A stretch of DNA of 64,000 nt from Lytechinus pictus. Taxonomy: Eukaryota. The notes beneath the pieces are model-generated. The model was not told where the DNA came from. It made no database searches and saw nothing but the letters and a program-made list of their open reading frames with translations. Below, piece after piece: positions 61,612-64,000 of this stretch (positions within the stretch are counted from its first letter, which is position 1; each line of letters starts with the position of its first letter). The stretch is from NCBI RefSeq assembly GCF_037042905.1, contig NC_087252.1, positions 20,772,001-20,836,000 on the forward strand, given 5' to 3'. The position numbers and the translations under genes are program-made.

Positions 61612-63594
61612 CAGGGTTGGGCGGTAAATACCGGTAGTGGTAATTACCGGTGGTAAATACCGGTCAATATCGTCCGGTAAATAAGATGGGCGTCCGGTAA
61701 ATATGTAAAAAACAGGAAATATGATTTATAATTATTTTTTTTCAATGATTTTAGTTGTTTTTAACCTCAACAAATGAAAATAGTGTTCTGAAATAATTAG
61801 AATCACAAAACTCATAGTAGAAACACATAAACAGATAAAATCCATACTGCATACATACTCTGAGCTGGTGTCAGTCATACCTTGATGGTCGTACTCAATC
61901 AGTTCGCATTGGTGAGGATGACATCTCTGATCCAGTTTCTCTTGATTGCTCCGTACCTCAAGGCTCAGTGCTCGGACCACAAATGTTTTCCATGTACATT
62001 CTACCAATCTATGACATTATCAATCGGCATGATTTGATGTATCACATATACGCTGACGACATTCAGCTGTATTTACCATGCTTACCTAATCAAACTGATG
62101 TGGACAACGTACTTGCTAGATTTGAGTCATGTGTAGCAGAGATCTCCAAATGGATGGGGCAGAACTACTTGAAAATCAACCAGGCGAAGTCTGAATTCAT
62201 TTTCTTTGGCTCTTCCCAACAGATCAAAAAGGTCATCATTCCTAACCTAAAAATTGGTGATGTACATGTTGAGCCTGTTTCTAAAGTTCGCTCGCTAGGT
62301 TTGACACTTGATAGTACTATGTCTATGGAACCACAAATCTCTAGCTGCATCAGATCATCATTTTATCACATTAGGCAGATTCGTCGGATCCGGGATTACC
62401 TGAATCCCCATGCAACGAAGCAGGCAGTTCATGCTCTTATCACATCACGTTTGGATATGTACAACAGTACTTTGGTTGGACTGCCTGATACTCAAATAAA
62501 ACGACTACAGAAGGTCCAGAATTCTGCCGCACGACTTGTAAAGCGTTCAAAGTTGTCGGATCATATCACCCCAGTTCTCAAGGAATTACATTGGCTGCCT
62601 GTTAGGCAAAGACTTGCATATAAAGTTCTTTCCTTGGTCTTTAAACTGAAAACCAACCAGACACCAGTGTACCTATCAGATCTTCTGGAGTTGAAGAGAT
62701 CGTGTAGACCCGGTCTTCGTTCAGGGAATGTTCACCAGCTCCAACAAGTTAGAGTGAAAAGGTCCTGGGGTGACAGATCTTTTTCCGTTGCTGGTCCCCG
62801 TTTGTGGAATTCAATCCCATCGGACATTAAGTCGTGCCAGTCAAGAGAGCTATTCCACTGCAAATTGAAGACTTACCTCATGAGGGAAGCATTTCCTTAA
62901 CTGTTGTGTGATAAGGCCATTTTTTATTTTTTGACTACCAACTTAACTGATTGTGTATTTTTTCTTCTCAGTTTGTTCTTTTTATGTATTTATTGATTTC
63001 TGTTTTATATAAGTAGTTAATTGTGCGCCTTGAGTGTCATCGACAGATATGTGCGCTATACAAATCTTTAATTATTATTATTATTATATTACATGTACAT
63101 ACCCAAACACACATAGGATCTAAGTCCACACATACGTACACAAACTCAAATTATGTTCCTGGAAATTGAATAATCATATTAAAACATAAACAAATATTTC
63201 TCCCGGGGTTTAACTTTTTACATGCCATTGTATCTCATTACAATATGATTTTTGTTTTTAAGTGTGAATAAAGCTCAATATTCTACTGTATGTAAGGAGT
63301 ATTTTATTGTATTTTTTCCAGCATTTCATGATAACAGACATAGATAACACCCAAACACAAACATAGACACACAAACAAACAAACACACACACACACCCTC
63401 ACTCACACAAATGGTACACACCAGAGCAACCATACTCACCACCTTTGTTTTTATGTTCAAAATTTGACAATCCCTATAGAAAAGTGAATGGAAAATTATA
63501 TTTCCCGGTATTTCCCGGTGAAAAGTGGTAAATACCGGAAAAAAAGCGGTAAATACCGCTTATTTCCCGGCGCCCGGGAAATATGCCAACCCTG
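61612..63594. mobile_element. hAT-type non-autonomous element in RBBP5 intron 2, containing an L2 fragment
   Basis: TIRs cagggttgg / ccaaccctg. Perfect 8-bp TSD gttccagt. Subterminal ggtaaatacc repeats. Confidence 0.9.
61860..63088 (+). mobile_element. 5'-truncated L2-clade LINE with an uninterrupted RT C-terminal frame
   Basis: LSWCQSYL..R.Q.V, VPQGSVLGP, IYADDIQLY, HITPVLKELHWLPV and RLWNSIP. 3' tail gcgccttgag...gatatgtgcgc followed by (ATT)n. Confidence 0.93.
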
Positions 63595-63660
63595 GTTCCA
63601 GTAGGCAATGGGTTAATCTTTCTGTAACTGATCTAGCCCTGGATTGTGTGTTTCCCCTAG

Positions 63661-63833
63661 GAAAGCGATGGCTCGTTGGACTGTATCAGCATGGCTCTGA
63701 CGTGTGCCTTCAATAAACGAGGCACGCTGCTAGCCGTAGGGTGCAACGATGGACGTGTCGTCATCTGGGACTTCCTGACGAGAGGGATCGCCAAGATCAT
63801 CAGCGCCCATGTCCACCCAGTCTGCTCTCTGAG
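63661..63833 (+). CDS. RBBP5: RBBP5 coding exon 3; gene continues beyond the window
   Basis: ESDGSLDCISMALTCAFNKRGTLLAVGCNDGRVVIWDFLTRGIAKIISAHVHPVCSL. Acceptor tttcccctag, donor AG|gtaggt. Confidence 0.96.
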
Positions 63834-64000
63834 GTAGGTCCTGGCGTGGCCTAATCTTAAAAACAATTGAGATCATTATGATCAATCTTAACTATGGAAA
63901 GCCAGCAATGCCAACACCTGCAATGCATGTATCAGTTAAAAGTGTTTCCAAATATTAAAGATGTAGACTGGTACATGCATCTTCATCTTGATAAATCAGT

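Noticed and set aside
61968..62900. Domesticated or stand-alone reverse transcriptase gene (retron/DGR-like system)
   Set aside because: It is 5'-truncated mid-RT with no real start, has a typical L2 C-terminus and 3' tail, and is nested in a hAT element.

Overview
AT-rich, intron-rich eukaryotic DNA dense in transposons. The repeat families and gene content suggest an invertebrate deuterostome, probably a sea urchin (inference, not proven). Four + strand protein-coding genes were reconstructed by hand from GT-AG boundaries with consistent phases. (1) The 3' part of a single-pass type-I membrane receptor (exons 685-942, 6858-7013, 8425-8483, 9146-9673). Its cytoplasmic tail has a tandemly duplicated ITIM/ITSM-like tyrosine module, a YENI motif and a C-terminal PDZ-type ligand. 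(2) A complete 6-exon, 542-aa UDP-glycosyltransferase (19017-32008) with DA in place of the usual sugar-binding DQ. (3) An hnRNP K homolog whose whole CDS is one exon (51111-52049), a candidate retrogene with 5'UTR exons. (4) The first three coding exons of RBBP5. The rest is nested mobile DNA: L1/Tx1, CR1 and L2 LINE fragments, tRNA-derived SINEs, and non-autonomous elements of hAT, Tc1/mariner, Harbinger, Kolobok, piggyBac, Academ and Helentron type, several with readable target-site duplications. There are also mini- and microsatellites. No CRISPR array, rRNA or genuine tRNA gene was found. All family names come from recalled motifs and end structures, not from database searches.
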